DNA of 63,328 bases, counting the filler, from Octopus bimaculoides (taxonomy: Eukaryota), in assembly GCF_001194135.2 (NCBI RefSeq). It is 4 parts of 3 records of this genome, joined end to end, with 100 filler letters (N's around TTAATTAATTAA, not from the genome) between each part and the next. Parts side by side here need not be neighbours in the genome. Positions count along the whole stretch, not along the records: positions 1 to 31,115 come from NC_068981.1; positions 31,216 to 57,086 come from NC_068981.1; 2 more parts are not named here. One strand, given 5' to 3'. This document shows positions 25,080 to 38,754 of this stretch, one piece after another (positions within the stretch are counted from its first letter, which is position 1; each line of letters opens with the position of its first letter). Made by a program: the position numbers and the translations under genes. The notes beneath the pieces are model-generated. The model saw only the letters and a program-made list of their open reading frames with translations. It searched no databases and was not told the DNA's origin.

Positions 25080-25288
25080 GCATGGAAAACCTCTCAATGG
25101 CAAATACCCAAAGAGAGCGAATAATGCAGATATTGACAAAGCCCTTACCCACCAATGGTTAATGGCCTCTGGCTTGAAATCAGAAACAGAGGGGTTTATC
25201 ATAGCAGCCCAAGTTCAATGCCTACCTACAAAGAACTACCAGGCCAACATATTAAAGAACGGCAGCTCCCCATTATGTCGTATATGCC
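25078..25288 (+). mobile_element. R4/Dong-type LINE fragment running into a gap
   Basis: HQWLMASGLKSETEGFIIAAQVQCLPTKNYQANILKNGSSPLCRIC; begins right after a (TAA)n tract. Confidence 0.88.
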
Positions 25289-25979
25289 NNNNNNNNNNNN
25301 NNNNNNNNNNNNNNNNNNNNNNNNNNNNNNNNNNNNNNNNNNNNNNNNNNNNNNNNNNNNNNNNNNNNNNNNNNNNNNNNNNNNNNNNNNNNNNNNNNNN
25401 NNNNNNNNNNNNNNNNNNNNNNNNNNNNNNNNNNNNNNNNNNNNNNNNNNNNNNNNNNNNNNNNNNNNNNNNNNNNNNNNNNNNNNNNNNNNNNNNNNNN
25501 NNNNNNNNNNNNNNNNNNNNNNNNNNNNNNNNNNNNNNNNNNNNNNNNNNNNNNNNNNNNNNNNNNNNNNNNNNNNNNNNNNNNNNNNNNNNNNNNNNNN
25601 NNNNNNNNNNNNNNNNNNNNNNNNNNNNNNNNNNNNNNNNNNNNNNNNNNNNNNNNNNNNNNNNNNNNNNNNNNNNNNNNNNNNNNNNNNNNNNNNNNNN
25701 NNNNNNNNNNNNNNNNNNNNNNNNNNNNNNNNNNNNNNNNNNNNNNNNNNNNNNNNNNNNNNNNNNNNNNNNNNNNNNNNNNNNNNNNNNNNNNNNNNNN
25801 NNNNNNNNNNNNNNNNNNNNNNNNNNNNNNNNNNNNNNNNNNNNNNNNNNNNNNNNNNNNNNNNNNNNNNNNNNNNNNNNNNNNNNNNNNNNNNNNNNNN
25901 NNNNNNNNNNNNNNNNNNNNNNNNNNNNNNNNNNNNNNNNNNNNNNNNNNNNNNNNNNNNNNNNNNNNNNNNNNNNNNN

Positions 25980-26100
25980 TACATGAACTTCTAACTTGTT
26001 GTCTCTTGAGGTCTCTGGGTGAGACTTGGATACAACTTGTACAAATGCAAAACAAAAGTCAAACATAAAATAATAATAATAATAATAATGATAATAATAA
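25980..26100 (+). mobile_element. Probable 3' UTR and (TAA)n tail of the same R4/Dong copy
   Basis: Follows the 691-nt gap and ends AAAAGTCAAACATAAA(TAA)n; the link across the gap is inferred. Confidence 0.55.
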
Positions 26101-26159
26101 TGTGTCAAGGGAGGAGTTCAATGCAACACTAGCATGAAGGGAAATAAAGGAAACCTTAG

Positions 26160-26325
26160 GTACAAAGTATTGGTGGCGAAATAATTTCTCCACAATATAT
26201 CAATTAAAGCAACAAACACTGCACGTGAAGAATTCTAGACGATCACCACAATTGAACATGTAACCCAGTTACTGAAAATATTAAACAACTGCAAAGCACC
26301 TGGACACGTTAGAATTCTCAATAGG
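26160..26325 (+). mobile_element. R4/Dong-type pre-RT fragment
   Basis: ITTIEHVTQLLKILNNCKAPGHVRI resembles NWKAPGxDxI. Confidence 0.55.
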
Positions 26326-26344
26326 GATACCTTTTCTCTTTGAT

Positions 26345-26880
26345 CATATTTGGGACAATGTTAAACAGGGCAGGGCCTGTTGAGAAAAGAAAATGTGTCG
26401 CAGTGTACCTATATGTTGCAATCCTGAATTAGGCGGAGGACCTATGGCCCGTGGTTCCAGCCTTGGATGAACCTTGAAGCTAATGTTCAGGAAGTTTGGG
26501 CAATGCAGGCGGTATATTCTCCACATCGTGCAAATGATGTACTGCTCAGGGCAGTGCTGGAGAGAGTAGAGTTTCAAGGCTTTAAGGCGGTCCTAGTAAT
26601 CGAGATCAGTCATGCCCTTAATTCGTTCAATTAGTGCCCTCTGGGGTGATTCAATTTTCGAGATGTTTTGTTTTGTATGGGAAGAATACAGAAGGCAGCA
26701 GTATTCGAGATGTGATCGTACAAAGGAGGAGAAAAGTGGAATGACGACACCTAGTTTTCTGCACCGGAAGGTTCTTAAGATCCTGGAACTCATCCTACGA
26801 GCTATATCGACCTTATTGTTGATGTGGGCACTAGTAATATAATGGAACAAATCACTCAGATATAGAAAGTTCACCTTTTG
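26345..26880 (-). mobile_element. CR1-group LINE ORF2 3' fragment
   Basis: HINNKVDIARRMSSRILRTF...FVRSHLEYC...IESPQR...GMTDLDY*DRLKALKLYSL...YIICTMWRI. Confidence 0.88.
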
Positions 26881-26889
26881 GAAGATGAT

Positions 26890-29560
26890 CTAAAGCAACA
26901 ACAATGCGGATATATACGAAAAATGACTCAATAGGATACCATTAATTCTCCCACGCAAACTCCAGATCAAAGCCGTTACAGATGAACCTGAGACACAAAG
27001 ATGCCACTGGGAAAGAATGGTACTGGAAAACATGAAGATGGAAATAGAAGTCCTAAAATTAACGATTCATGTTAATAAAGTAATATCCATCGATGAAGAT
27101 ATCAACCAAAAAATTGTCAAAATGACTCAAGGCCTCGACCTAGAAACGATCTCCAAACTATAGAAAGAAGATTGTGAGAAAGAAGAACTGAAATAACTCC
27201 AACGCTGATAAAAAAAGCCCTACTTGGTTCTCCAACCATGAAACTGTCTTTCAAACAGAGTACGCTTCCAGCAACCCTTTCCTGAAAATAAGAAAATGAA
27301 AACAACACTCAAACAAACATTCATACCTATCTAAAAAAAAAATGGAACCATCGCCCATACCAACGAAAGAATACAAGAACTAACCCTAACTTTGTAACCC
27401 ACCTGCAAAACAACACCGGGAGCACCTCAACTTCAAACAGGGAAATGAAAAATCACTACCCACAGCATAGACATTGCAACCTCTCCGCCATAAGGAGTTA
27501 CCAACGAAATTTTCGTTCCAGTAATCTACTAAACAACGAGCACTTACCACAAGCACTTACCACACGTAATAATTACCAACGACGGTCCCCTAAAACACCA
27601 AATTTGGACATGGGATATAGGGACTCACCTTTCAATACCACTCCAAGTTCCCGTACCATAAATCACAACAGAGTACTCCGCAACAACAAGGAAGAAATAC
27701 ATAACAGTTACGATCCCAATCACCTCCATAATTTTTTAGACTCAACACGCAAACACAGAGGCCCGAGATAGCAGCAGAGAGACAGGAGGAACGAAAAGTG
27801 ATAAAAATCATCAATCTACTCATAAAGAACTAACAGTAAACCAAATCAACATACTCTCCAAAGGGCTCAAGCTTACAACTACCCCCAGCGCCCCAACTAC
27901 AACGAAATGAAATAAGACGTCGCGGAATTCTGTACAAAATTACGACTCGCTGAGTAACTTTTAGATACCCTCTTAAAAACATTCCTCATGCATATCAAAA
28001 GCTACAGAAGGAACGTCCTAGACCTGTTCAATCACCTCCCTAAAACAATAAACCAAAATACCCCACTAGTAACCTTCGATGTAGTCAACATCTATTCGAA
28101 CATCTCCCATAGCTTATGAATAGCGGCAATACAATTCTGGCTAGAGAATTCCACCAATGAAATCCAACATCGCATCAAAAGAGAATTCGTGATAAGGGCT
28201 AAAATTCATCTTGGAGAATGACCACTTCAAATACAAATTCTATCGACAAAAATCAAGGACTGCGATGAGTTGGAGAATGCCCCCCTCATTTGCCAACCTA
28301 GTCATGGATATCTTGAAATCAGTCTTTATCGTAAGGTACTAGAAAAATACGGCAACCCATTCTCCCTCTATATAGAAAATAACTGGAAGAGATATCTGGA
28401 TGACTGTTTCACTCTTTAGCAAGAAAGTAGAAAGAGATTGAAAGAATTTCGGGCAATTATAAACGGACTTAACGGAAACATTGAATGCATGATGGAATAC
28501 AGCCATCAACAACTTCCTTTTATGAACATCCTCATTAGGGAATCTAACAACAAAATAGAAACGAACTGCAATCAATATCTACCGTTCAACTCATGCCACC
28601 CCAGACACACTAGAATGAATATCCCTTTCAACCTAGCAAAAATGATGTGTACTATAGTTTCTAATACAAGCACCAAGGACACAATACTACATGAACTAAA
28701 GGATAGACTCATCACCAGGGACTACCGACTATCACTAATTGATATATGCTTTCAACATGCCCTACATCTCAACATCCATAAGCTCAGACATCTCAAATTA
28801 AAGAAGGATTTACAACCAAAAGCCCTACCATACTTTTCCACACAATCCTCTTAACAATGAAGTCCTCAACTCCATCCTTCAGAATATATCCCTACTAAAA
28901 TGGGACCACAGAATGAATTCAATCCTCCAAACGCACACCATCATAAAGAGCAAAAGACAGCCTAAATCTATGAAAAGTATCCTAACACAAATCGAAGTAC
29001 GCTCAACAATATCACTGAAGCTGTCAGGAAAAAGAATGAGGAAGAGGTGGTATATGCGTGAATCTAATTGAGGGATCATATTTCTCTTTTCAACAGGGTC
29101 AACGTTTCACAGTGAAAAGCAACTTCACGTGTGGTTCGGAGTACCTAATATATGTATTAACTTGTTCTGTGTGTCGAGAGCAATACATAGGCCAAACCAA
29201 AAACATTCTACGTTAAAGGATGGCTCTACATAGATTTCAGATCAAAATTCGGAAATACAGAAAAATATTCAGCGAACACATCGACAGTTGCGCTAATAAC
29301 AAACAAACAAGCTATCAACTCAGGAACATGTAATCAGCATATCAGTAAAGTGTCATACTTTATCACAAAACACAAACTTCTTTTGAATGCCTCCACCGCA
29401 AATTAGAAGTGTCTTAGAATAATACCCACGCAAATATTAAAAACGATATGTTCAGAAGAGTCACTACACATGAACGTCTTCAGAACAATTCCAATCATTA
29501 CTATTACAAGTCACTTTCGGTCACTTGACCATTGAAGAGGATTCTACCAACTACTACTAC
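26890..29560 (+). mobile_element. Near-full-length decayed Penelope-like element (Neptune-type architecture)
   Basis: INILSKGLKLTTTP; LVTFDVVNIYSNI; APSFANLVM; ENNWKRYLDDCF; LPFMNILI; QYLPFNSCHPRHT; Cys-rich linker, then LIYVLTCSVCREQYIGQT (GIY-YIG); many stops and frameshifts. Confidence 0.9.
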
Positions 29561-29579
29561 TGTCAAACCACCCCCGCAT

Positions 29580-29687
29580 TCTTCTTCTTCTTCTTCTTCT
29601 TCTTCTTCTTCTTCTTCTTCTTCTTCTTCTTCTTCTTCTTCTTCTTCTTCTTCTTCTTCTTCTTCTTCTTCTTCTTCTTCTTCTTCT
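29580..29687. repeat. (CTT)n microsatellite at the PLE 3' boundary
   Basis: Directly visible. Confidence 0.97.
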
Positions 29688-30837
29688 TTTTCGCCGCCTC
29701 CTGTATCAACTGTTACTGCTATTTAAACAATCAAAATCAAACGTTCATATAAATATTAAGACTACTGCTATTTGCTGCCCACTAACTAGAACTCACATGA
29801 GTTGAAAAGACAGCTAGAGATAGGCAGATAAAAGGAAAATGACACTTGCATTTGAAAACTATGGAAATATTTTTTTAAACATTTTATTTAATTTTTCCAC
29901 AATTTAATAGATTTTCATGCTTTATTCTAAGTTGAAAAAGTCGCAAAAACTGAAACCGGTATTACAATGTTCTTCATGATAAAATTAATCTAACATTTTC
30001 TACCTGACCTAATTTCCATATACATGTCAACTCGATTGTTCCTTATCGGCATTCTCCATATATATATATATCTGTAGTATAATATGAGACAATTATTCGG
30101 ATGCCATAGTAAAACTCCGATTTTCAGATCTTGGAGTGGAAATCTGCTCATGCATCTCGCCGGTTATCAAGACAAACGAAAAATGGTATGAAAATGACCG
30201 TTAAATAAAGTGCAATTACTATGAATATTACCGTTATGAAGACAATCAAAAGTGCTACTAAAATGACCGCTAAATAAAGGGAAAAAACACGCACACCCAC
30301 ACACACGCCTATATGTGCACATATATATGCAGCCATACATATATATGTATCTATATATCTATATATATATATATATANNNNNNNNNNNNNNNNNNNNNNN
30401 NNNNNNNNNNNNNNNNNNNNNNNNNNNNNNNNNNNNNNNNNNNNNNNNNNNNNNNNNNNNNNNNNNNNNNNNNNNNNNNNNNNNNNNNNNNNNNNNNNNN
30501 NNNNNNNNNNNNNNNNNNNNNNNNNNNNNNNNNNNNNNNNNNNNNNNNNNNNNNNNNNNNNNNNNNNNNNNNNNNNNNNNNNNNNNNNNNNNNNNNNNNN
30601 NNNNNNNNNNNNNNNNNNNNNNNNNNNNNNNNNNNNNNNNNNNNNNNNNNNNNNNNNNNNNNNNNNNNNNNNNNNNNNNNNNNNNNNNNNNNNNNNNNNN
30701 NNNNNNNNNNNNNNNNNNNNNNNNNNNNNNNNNNNNNNNNNNNNNNNNNNNNNNNNNNNNNNNNNNNNNNNNNNATACATACACACACATATATATATAT
30801 ATATGTATATATATTTAAAACAAATAATAAATGTGCA

Positions 30838-31115
30838 GATGGCACTCCGTCGTTTACGACATCGAGGGTTCCAGTTGATCCGATCATCGGAACGGTCTGA
30901 TCGTGAAATTAACGTGCAAGTGGCTGAGCATTCCACAGACACGTGTACCCTTAACATAGTTCTCCTGGATATTCAGAGTGATACAGTGTGACAAGGCTGA
31001 CCCTTTGAAATAGAGGCACAACAGAAACAGGAAGTAAGAGTGAGAGAAAGTTGTGATGAAAGAGTACAGCAGGGTTCGCCACCATGCCATGCCGGAGCCA
31101 CGTGGAGCTTTAGGT
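30838..31115 (-). mobile_element. SINE family B copy, head lost in a gap
   Basis: Reverse complement of the body and tail of 13668-14049. Confidence 0.9.
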
Positions 31116-31215
31116 NNNNNNNNNNNNNNNNNNNNNNNNNNNNNNNNNNNNNNNNNNNNTTAATTAATTAANNNNNNNNNNNNNNNNNNNNNNNNNNNNN
31201 NNNNNNNNNNNNNNN
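31116..31215. other. Artificial 100-bp scaffold join N44-TTAATTAATTAA-N44
   Basis: Spacer at 31160-31171; identical structure at 57087-57186 and 62072-62171. Confidence 0.95.
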
Positions 31216-31263
31216 AAAATATACAAGAATAAGGGCAGGGAATCGTCAATTAATAATAGAATT

Positions 31264-31303
<40 letters not shown>

Positions 31304-31538
31304 GAGACTTGTTGTTTCAAATAGTTTCTTCGACAGCGATTGCAGAACTTAAAATATTAGCTCTAATACTGTATGCCCAGCACCTCACAGACCCACTCCA
31401 TCTTACTGACATGGTCTCGAGACAAGTCGGAGCAAAGTCTCTAGAGCTAATATTACTCGTAGGCTCAGGAATGCAAGAGCGCCATGATGTGAAGCGCAAT
31501 CAAAACATCCCAGGACATACATACATACATACATACGT

Positions 31539-31569
<31 letters not shown>

Positions 31570-32221
31570 CACACACCCACACACACACACACACACATAT
31601 ATATATAATGTCCTTAGATACATATGAGCACATATACACTCACGAAATCACACATACGTACACAGATATAAACATACATACATATATGCATGCATGTATG
31701 CATACATACATACACACGTACATACATACGTACATACATACATACATACATACATACATACATACATACATTATAAATACGCAACCATAAAATTTGGGTT
31801 ATTTATTGTAGCTTGCTATGTTTTTGTTTTGGTAAAGATTACCTTTTTCAAACATTTAAAGAATGTTCCTTGTTGCAGAGCATTAGTTACAATAAAATTA
31901 ATTTCATGTTATGTTAGTTTCTGTGCTCTATTTTTTTCGGCGATGTCAAGACTTCATCTTTCTGAATTATATACTGATGTTTGATCTTTTGTTATGGTTA
32001 TGGGCGTATCATTCTCATCTACGATAGAAATGCTACTACTGCTATGGTTTGTTACCTAACGTCAACCAATATATGAAGTTAGTGCCTACGCAGCGAAATC
32101 AACGTCATTATGAGAAAACATAACAGACAAGAACTAGATTTCAAAAATGAAAGAGTACAAAAGGAAGTCGTATTCGTTAGCGACATGACGGCTTCCATAA
32201 ATTTTAATATTTCTGTCTGTC

Positions 32222-32303
<82 letters not shown>

Positions 32304-32340
32304 GATCGATCAATCTAGGTATGTATATAAAATATATACA

Positions 32341-32520
32341 CAAGGCGGCGAGCTCGTACGTTAGCACACCGGACAAAATGCTTAGCAACGTTTCGTCTGT
32401 CTTTATGTTCTGAGTTCAAATTCCGCCAAGGTCGACTTCGTCTTTCATCCCTTTCGAGGTCGATGAAATTGACTTACGCCTTCCCTCGAAATTGCTGACA
32501 TTGTGCCAAAATTTGAAACC
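32341..32520 (+). mobile_element. SINE family A
   Basis: AAGGCGGCGAGCTC...GAGTTCAAATTCCGCC...GTGCCAAAATTTGAAACC. Confidence 0.9.
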
Positions 32521-32523
32521 TTT

Positions 32524-32564
<41 letters not shown>

Positions 32565-32663
32565 NNNNNNNNNNNNNNNNNNNNNNNNNNNNNNNNNNNN
32601 NNNNNNNNNNNNNNNNNNNNNNNNNNNNNNNNNNNNNNNNNNNNNNNNNNNNNNNNNNNNNNN

Positions 32664-32714
<51 letters not shown>

Positions 32715-33180
32715 CCTGATGAATATGTACCTACGGGAACACACGGACATCTATGTATATGTTTTTCTTTTGTATGCCCCAAAGAGTTGATATAAAACCT
32801 TGTTTAGAGTATTCTTGTATTTTTTCCTTTCAAAATACAGCACAATGTAATGAGAATATTCTACAAAGTATTCAAGAGCTTTTACTTGCATTACCCTAAG
32901 CAACATTTCCTGCAAAATACTGTATTCTATATTTGTGCTGAATTCCGTCTCTGTTGAACATTATAGAAGATAATACATAGTTATTTTTTGTTGGGACATA
33001 TATTATCTAAGTCAGGAGAAAGAATCAATAAGACCGACTCTTTCATTTTTATTTTTGCATACTACACTCGCGGCACATTCCATCTGTTCATACTCTAAAT
33101 GCTATTCAAAAACAAGTATAATTTCTTCTGTGGAGTAGTCTACTATTTCTTTGTTGTGAATTTTAATGTTTTCGTAGCAT

Positions 33181-33263
<83 letters not shown>

Positions 33264-33599
33264 TGTATTTAGGAAACAACACAGATGAGGGAATAAAGGA
33301 AAAGTGAATTTGACATTTAAGCTTCACGCTGGCATAAGGGAAACATTTTAGCTGAGTTTTCGATGATAATTTCTGTCCTCTGATGTGAGTTTGTGAGTTT
33401 ACAATAAAACAACCTTTTAGCAACAAGTAATGCTTGCATGACTCGAAAACTAAAAAAAAAAAACCCAACGCAAAGAAGGAATAAAACACAAAACATAAAA
33501 TACACACCTTTCACCTTGATACTGATTTCACACCTTTCTCTTCGTCTGATTTTGGTAATTCATTAAAGAATCCCTACATCCTAATCAAAATCATGTCAG

Positions 33600-34400
33600 A
33601 GACTGATAAAATCACAAACATGCGCTTAGACTCTAAAAGAATTGCTGCATTCATGAACATTTTCTCATACCAACTACCTGTACACGCTATAAAATGCTAA
33701 GTATCTGGAAAGTGGGTAAAATCATTGAATCTTGAAGACAATCCATGTGAAATAGCATCATATTAACTCAACATATTCCCATAAGCACGGCCTCATATTC
33801 GAGAGGCTTTTCTTCTATACGATTAAGCAACAATCTCCTTTCCATTTCATAAGATGCATTTAGATAATTATATGCAGCCTAATAACATGACTGGCAAAAT
33901 TTATACAAAATTGTACCCCAGAGTGTCGCCATCGGCTGCAACATTCCTGCTACCATTGATATCTGAATGTTTATGATTCAATCCTCCACTTTCCACTTAC
34001 ATAGAGAATACACAAAGCATGAAAAAATAAAGTTAAACACACAAATCATTGAGCCAACTAAGGTACTATTATGAGGGTAATTAATCTAATAAAAATTCTA
34101 GCCAAATCTGCCTGAGAGACTACCACGATGCTCCACATAAAACCACTCATATTATGTTACCATGTACTGTGTGATCAGAAAATTGATGGTTGTATGACAT
34201 ATCTCAAACAATGAATCCATAGATGACATCTAACCATCCTGCTGACTACTTGCATGAAAATTCTGCTTGATAAGAGCTGACCTTTGACTCCCCGCAAGAA
34301 CACTACAGGATGTAATATTACAGCAAGCCAACCATGATAAAGAACATCGAAATGACAACCGTCCAGACTTTTTCAGACCCTGTCTACGTTTTCCTACAAG
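33600..34400 (+). mobile_element. Highly decayed LINE RT fragment (Jockey/I-group-like)
   Basis: Patchy WKVGKII and motif-3/4-like residues with many stops; clade uncertain. Confidence 0.4.
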
Positions 34401-35461
34401 CTCGAATAACGATGTATTTTTCGAAGATATTTGTGAAAGACAATAGAATTTGGTTCAGTATCAAACTATAAACATGTTTTGTTATTTTATAATATCTTTT
34501 AATAAATAGAACAAGAGAAGAACATTTGCAAATAGTTCTTTTTTCGTTACTACACCTTGTCACAAACTTAATTTTATTTCTTTAACTCACGGTGCAGCTG
34601 TTCTATCATCTAGAAATAGCTACCAAATCTCTTTCAAATAACATCATACCATTTAAAACAAGGAAAGAAAATATGAGCTTGTGTAGTCCTACATTTATGT
34701 CTCTAATAGAAGCTGTGATGATCATAAACGGAATGCTTTTGCACAAATGTCTGCTCGACTAGGGTTAACCCATATCTAAACAATTGTAACAACTTAATTA
34801 TATCTAAAAGATTTTATGTTCTTTTGAGCGTTTTCAGCTATGATTATATGATTCATATGACATTAGTTCAAGACGTAGCAACAACAGCAATACTTTCGTA
34901 TCTTCTTACCAGTATTATTATAATTATACAAATGTCAATGGTAAACCAATTTTAGAGACGCCATGTCCGTTGATTGAAGTATTTCTCTTGATTCAAAGTA
35001 TCTCCAATAGAGCAAACATACGATATTACTCATTTTAGGAATGGTTATCCTCTATCTTTTTCGGTTCAGACATCGGGTATCTGAGATCACATTATCCAAT
35101 GTATCTTTAGATTATTAAAGTTATGATTTAAGGAAAATTTGAATGTTACTTATAGCAAGTCGATAGATAAGTCGAGTCATTCTCATTTACTCAACACATA
35201 GTGTATGTGAATTTTAGTCTGTTGGGTTTAGGTAATAGAAAGTTATAATGCTGAAGGGCCTGCAGTTAGATTGATACCGTATTTCAGACAAGGTGGCTGC
35301 ATTATAAGGCGCCTAATGAACAATTTGAAATATTTAAGGCGATTTACTATGCACCTTGTGAACATATAATAGCCTAAACTGTGAGTAAACAAGCCATCAT
35401 ACGAGTAAATACTTGAGCATAAATTACGAATATATGAATATATTAGAATCTCGTTATGCCC

Positions 35462-35529
<68 letters not shown>

Positions 35530-36108
35530 GATCAACAACAATATTACAATTTCACACGTCTTCATGCATCTTAGAGCTAATTTAAAATGCGTTTAGATGC
35601 GTTCGGAATATAGAAATATGTTCATAGTCGGAGAGTGATATTGGTCTAATAAGAACTGAAGGCCAGAAATTAGAGAAAATAACATGTATAAGAATGTGAG
35701 GCTTCCAAATACATATAGTATATAATTTCCTATACATTATTAAACACTAATCTGTTATTTACACTAAGAAAATATTTGAAGTTGCAGCGATTCCCAGAGG
35801 AAAGTACACGTAATTAAGGAAGTGCAGAATTTTATCACAAAAGCAATAAGAATTTAAAATATGAAGTTATTGATAATACGAGGTCTCATTAATTTTTTAG
35901 ACATAGTTTTTACCACATTAATATCTAAATTCATAAGTTCTACAGTGTTTTACGTGGATGTACACATACATAAGTACATACATACACATATACATAATAT
36001 ATGCATACATACGTACATGCATAAATGCATCCATGCATATATAAATGTGTGTGTGTATGTGTGTGTATATATATATGTATATGTATATGTATACAAACAC
36101 ACACACAC

Positions 36109-36172
<64 letters not shown>

Positions 36173-36444
36173 GATAGAGTGCACAAGAAGGCACGACACG
36201 GTATTAAAGGTTCCTAGCGTGGCCACCAAACGTCATATAAGCTAGTCTGCGGAATTCAAGCTACATTGTAGCAATTATAAACACAGAAGACGTAACCGGT
36301 ATTTTAAACTTTATAAAACATATTTTTTCAGTAAAGCAACCTCCATAATTACATAATGTTATAAGCCAGATGTCGCAATACAAATGATCACCTCTTCAGC
36401 GTTTCTCGGATTGGCTAGCGTGCAAAATTCAATCCACTTTATAG

Positions 36445-36605
36445 TATTAACGGTTTCAAATTTTGGCACAGGGCCAGCAGATATGAGGGGAGGGAAGTCT
36501 ATTACATTGACCTCAGTACTTGATTGTTCCTTATTCTATTAACCTCGAATGGATGAAAGACAAATTCGACTTTGTCCACTGTTCGGTGTGCTAGCCTATC
36601 TAAGA
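36445..36605 (-). mobile_element. SINE family A, internally deleted
   Basis: GGTTTCAAATTTTGGCACAGGGCCAGC...GGATGAAAGACAAATTCGAC is the reverse complement of the family tail and body. Confidence 0.75.
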
Positions 36606-36859
36606 TTTGATGGCCAGCGTCTAACCTCGCTAGGAACCTTTACTTCTTACATATTTCTTAATGCATCACATTCGCCATCCTACCACATCTCCACGTTTTA
36701 TACTCCTTCTGTGCTAGTTTCGGACATTCTGAAACTATGTGCAATTGTTTCTTCTCTTTCACCGCTCATCCTACACCTCCCGTCAGTATTTTCTTTTCTT
36801 TGCCACTGACTCGCCTGACGTTTCTCGTTCGCAATACTTGCTTCTGTGAAGCCATATTC

Positions 36860-37096
36860 ATTTCTTCTTCTTCTTCTCCTCCTCCTCCTCCTCCTTCTTC
36901 TTCTTCTTCTTCTTCTTCTTCTTCTTCTTCTTCTTCTTCTTCTTCTTCTTCTTCTTCTCCTCCTTCTCCTCCCCCTCCCCCTCCTTCTTATCATCATCAT
37001 CATCATCATCATCCCCCTGCTGCTCCTGCTGCTGCTGCTGTTGCTGCTTCGCCTTCTCATCATCATNNNNNNNNNNNNNNNNNNNNNNNNNNNNNN

Positions 37097-37140
<44 letters not shown>
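36860..37140. repeat. Compound trinucleotide microsatellite (CTT/CCT/CAT/GCT/ATT)
   Basis: Directly visible. Confidence 0.95.
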
Positions 37141-37699
37141 CTTACGATTATCTTTAATCTTATTTTCTTCATTCGATTACTTTCTATAATGCTGTCATTA
37201 CTACTATCCTTAAAAATAATCATTATTCTCATCATTGTGTGTTAATTTACCTCGTTCTACATTCATTCTATTCGTATTACTATCTACTATTCTAATCATC
37301 TTCACTACTATCTTCATCACCACCATTATTCTCATTATTTATTTCTTGAATTATTTATTCACTCATTCATTCTGCAGTATTCAGCAATAATTTTTAATCC
37401 GTTGTTTTTGTTTACTCTATGTGTTTTTTTTATTATTGCTTTTTAATTTTGCATACATTTCTTGTTTTCATTTCCTATTCCGCAATCCTGTGTTTTTACA
37501 TTTTACACTCCTTTCTTAGAATTTTTATTATTTCATAAGCTTTTCAAAATCTTCAAAATCTTTCCAAAATGTTTCAATGTTTTTCAGTATATAAAATTTT
37601 TTCTGTGGAGGGAAGGTGTTCCAATGTTCAAACTGTCCAATTACTGTCAATATCCGCTGCGAGAAGGACAGGAAATGGTGTCGCTAATGATGTACAAAC

Positions 37700-38671
37700 A
37701 TGTGCTATGGCAACAACAACTCTAGCATTTCTCTGATGGTGAATAGGAGTGGTCACTGCCTCCCAGACGTGTTTTTCCATAGATTTCCCTTCGGCAGAGC
37801 TACAGTCCTCAAACAAACGTAGACCGAGACAAAGCGCTTGGCCTCTTAAATCCTGCTAGGAGCTTATAGCTCTATGTTTGTCGGGTTAAGCAGTTGATGG
37901 ATTCCGGGCGTCAACGTACGCGGGGAACATCAGCGTATCAGTAAAAATCGACTGGCTTGTCTTTCCGGAGGACTTTCTAGTCGGGTACCATGAATAATTC
38001 CAGAAATCTCTGACCTAACGATGCTGCCGGAGAACATTGCTAGTCCGAGATAAACTCTATAGTCATTGCAGTCCAATAGCCGCGCCTCACTGAGATGCGT
38101 GTAGTGGGACAAAACCGTATTCCATGCTCTCGTACAATGACTGGACATTGTGGAGTTGTGGATATTAAAAAAGTTATCAAATATAGGATGGATCTAGCTA
38201 TCAACAAACTCCTTCGTTTATATCGCATTTTAATCGTGGAGTGAAGAGAGTGTTCCTCTATCATGTTGCTATATCGAAAGAAGTTGTGTGGTAGACGTGA
38301 GTAAAATTGCTGAGTAGATATCTTCATTTTCAGCCAAGCAGCTCATCGATTTTTCTACTTCCATGTGGAAAGAAAGGTGAGGATGGGTTTGGAGAGGGAG
38401 TGCCCCGAGGTAAATTTGTAAAATTGTAAGTGAATGTAGCAAAAATGACCCAAGCGAATGACACTTCTCAAAGCATGTGTATATAGCTTGTAAAGTACTA
38501 CTGGTAAGCACGGTTGCTCGTGACTCAGGATCTATGGGGATCCTTGTTGGTGTCTGGATGGTACTTTTCCCTATCGTCGAATTTTGTTGCTATAATTATT
38601 TTGCTAGTTGTTATTGCTTTAATTTTTCATGTGTATTGTCCTAATTGTTTTCGTGGCTCTAGCCACTAATA

Positions 38672-38675
<4 letters not shown>
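37700..38675 (+). mobile_element. Tx1/L1-clade LINE ORF2 3' fragment with AATAAA and (ATT)n tail
   Basis: Frameshifted (L)VRDKLYSH...LRCV...TVFHALVQ...ELW (LPVRD + CCHC-type knuckle); AATAAA at 38668-38673 directly before (ATT)n. Confidence 0.6.
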
Positions 38676-38744
<69 letters not shown>

Positions 38745-38754
38745 GTTGTTGTTT

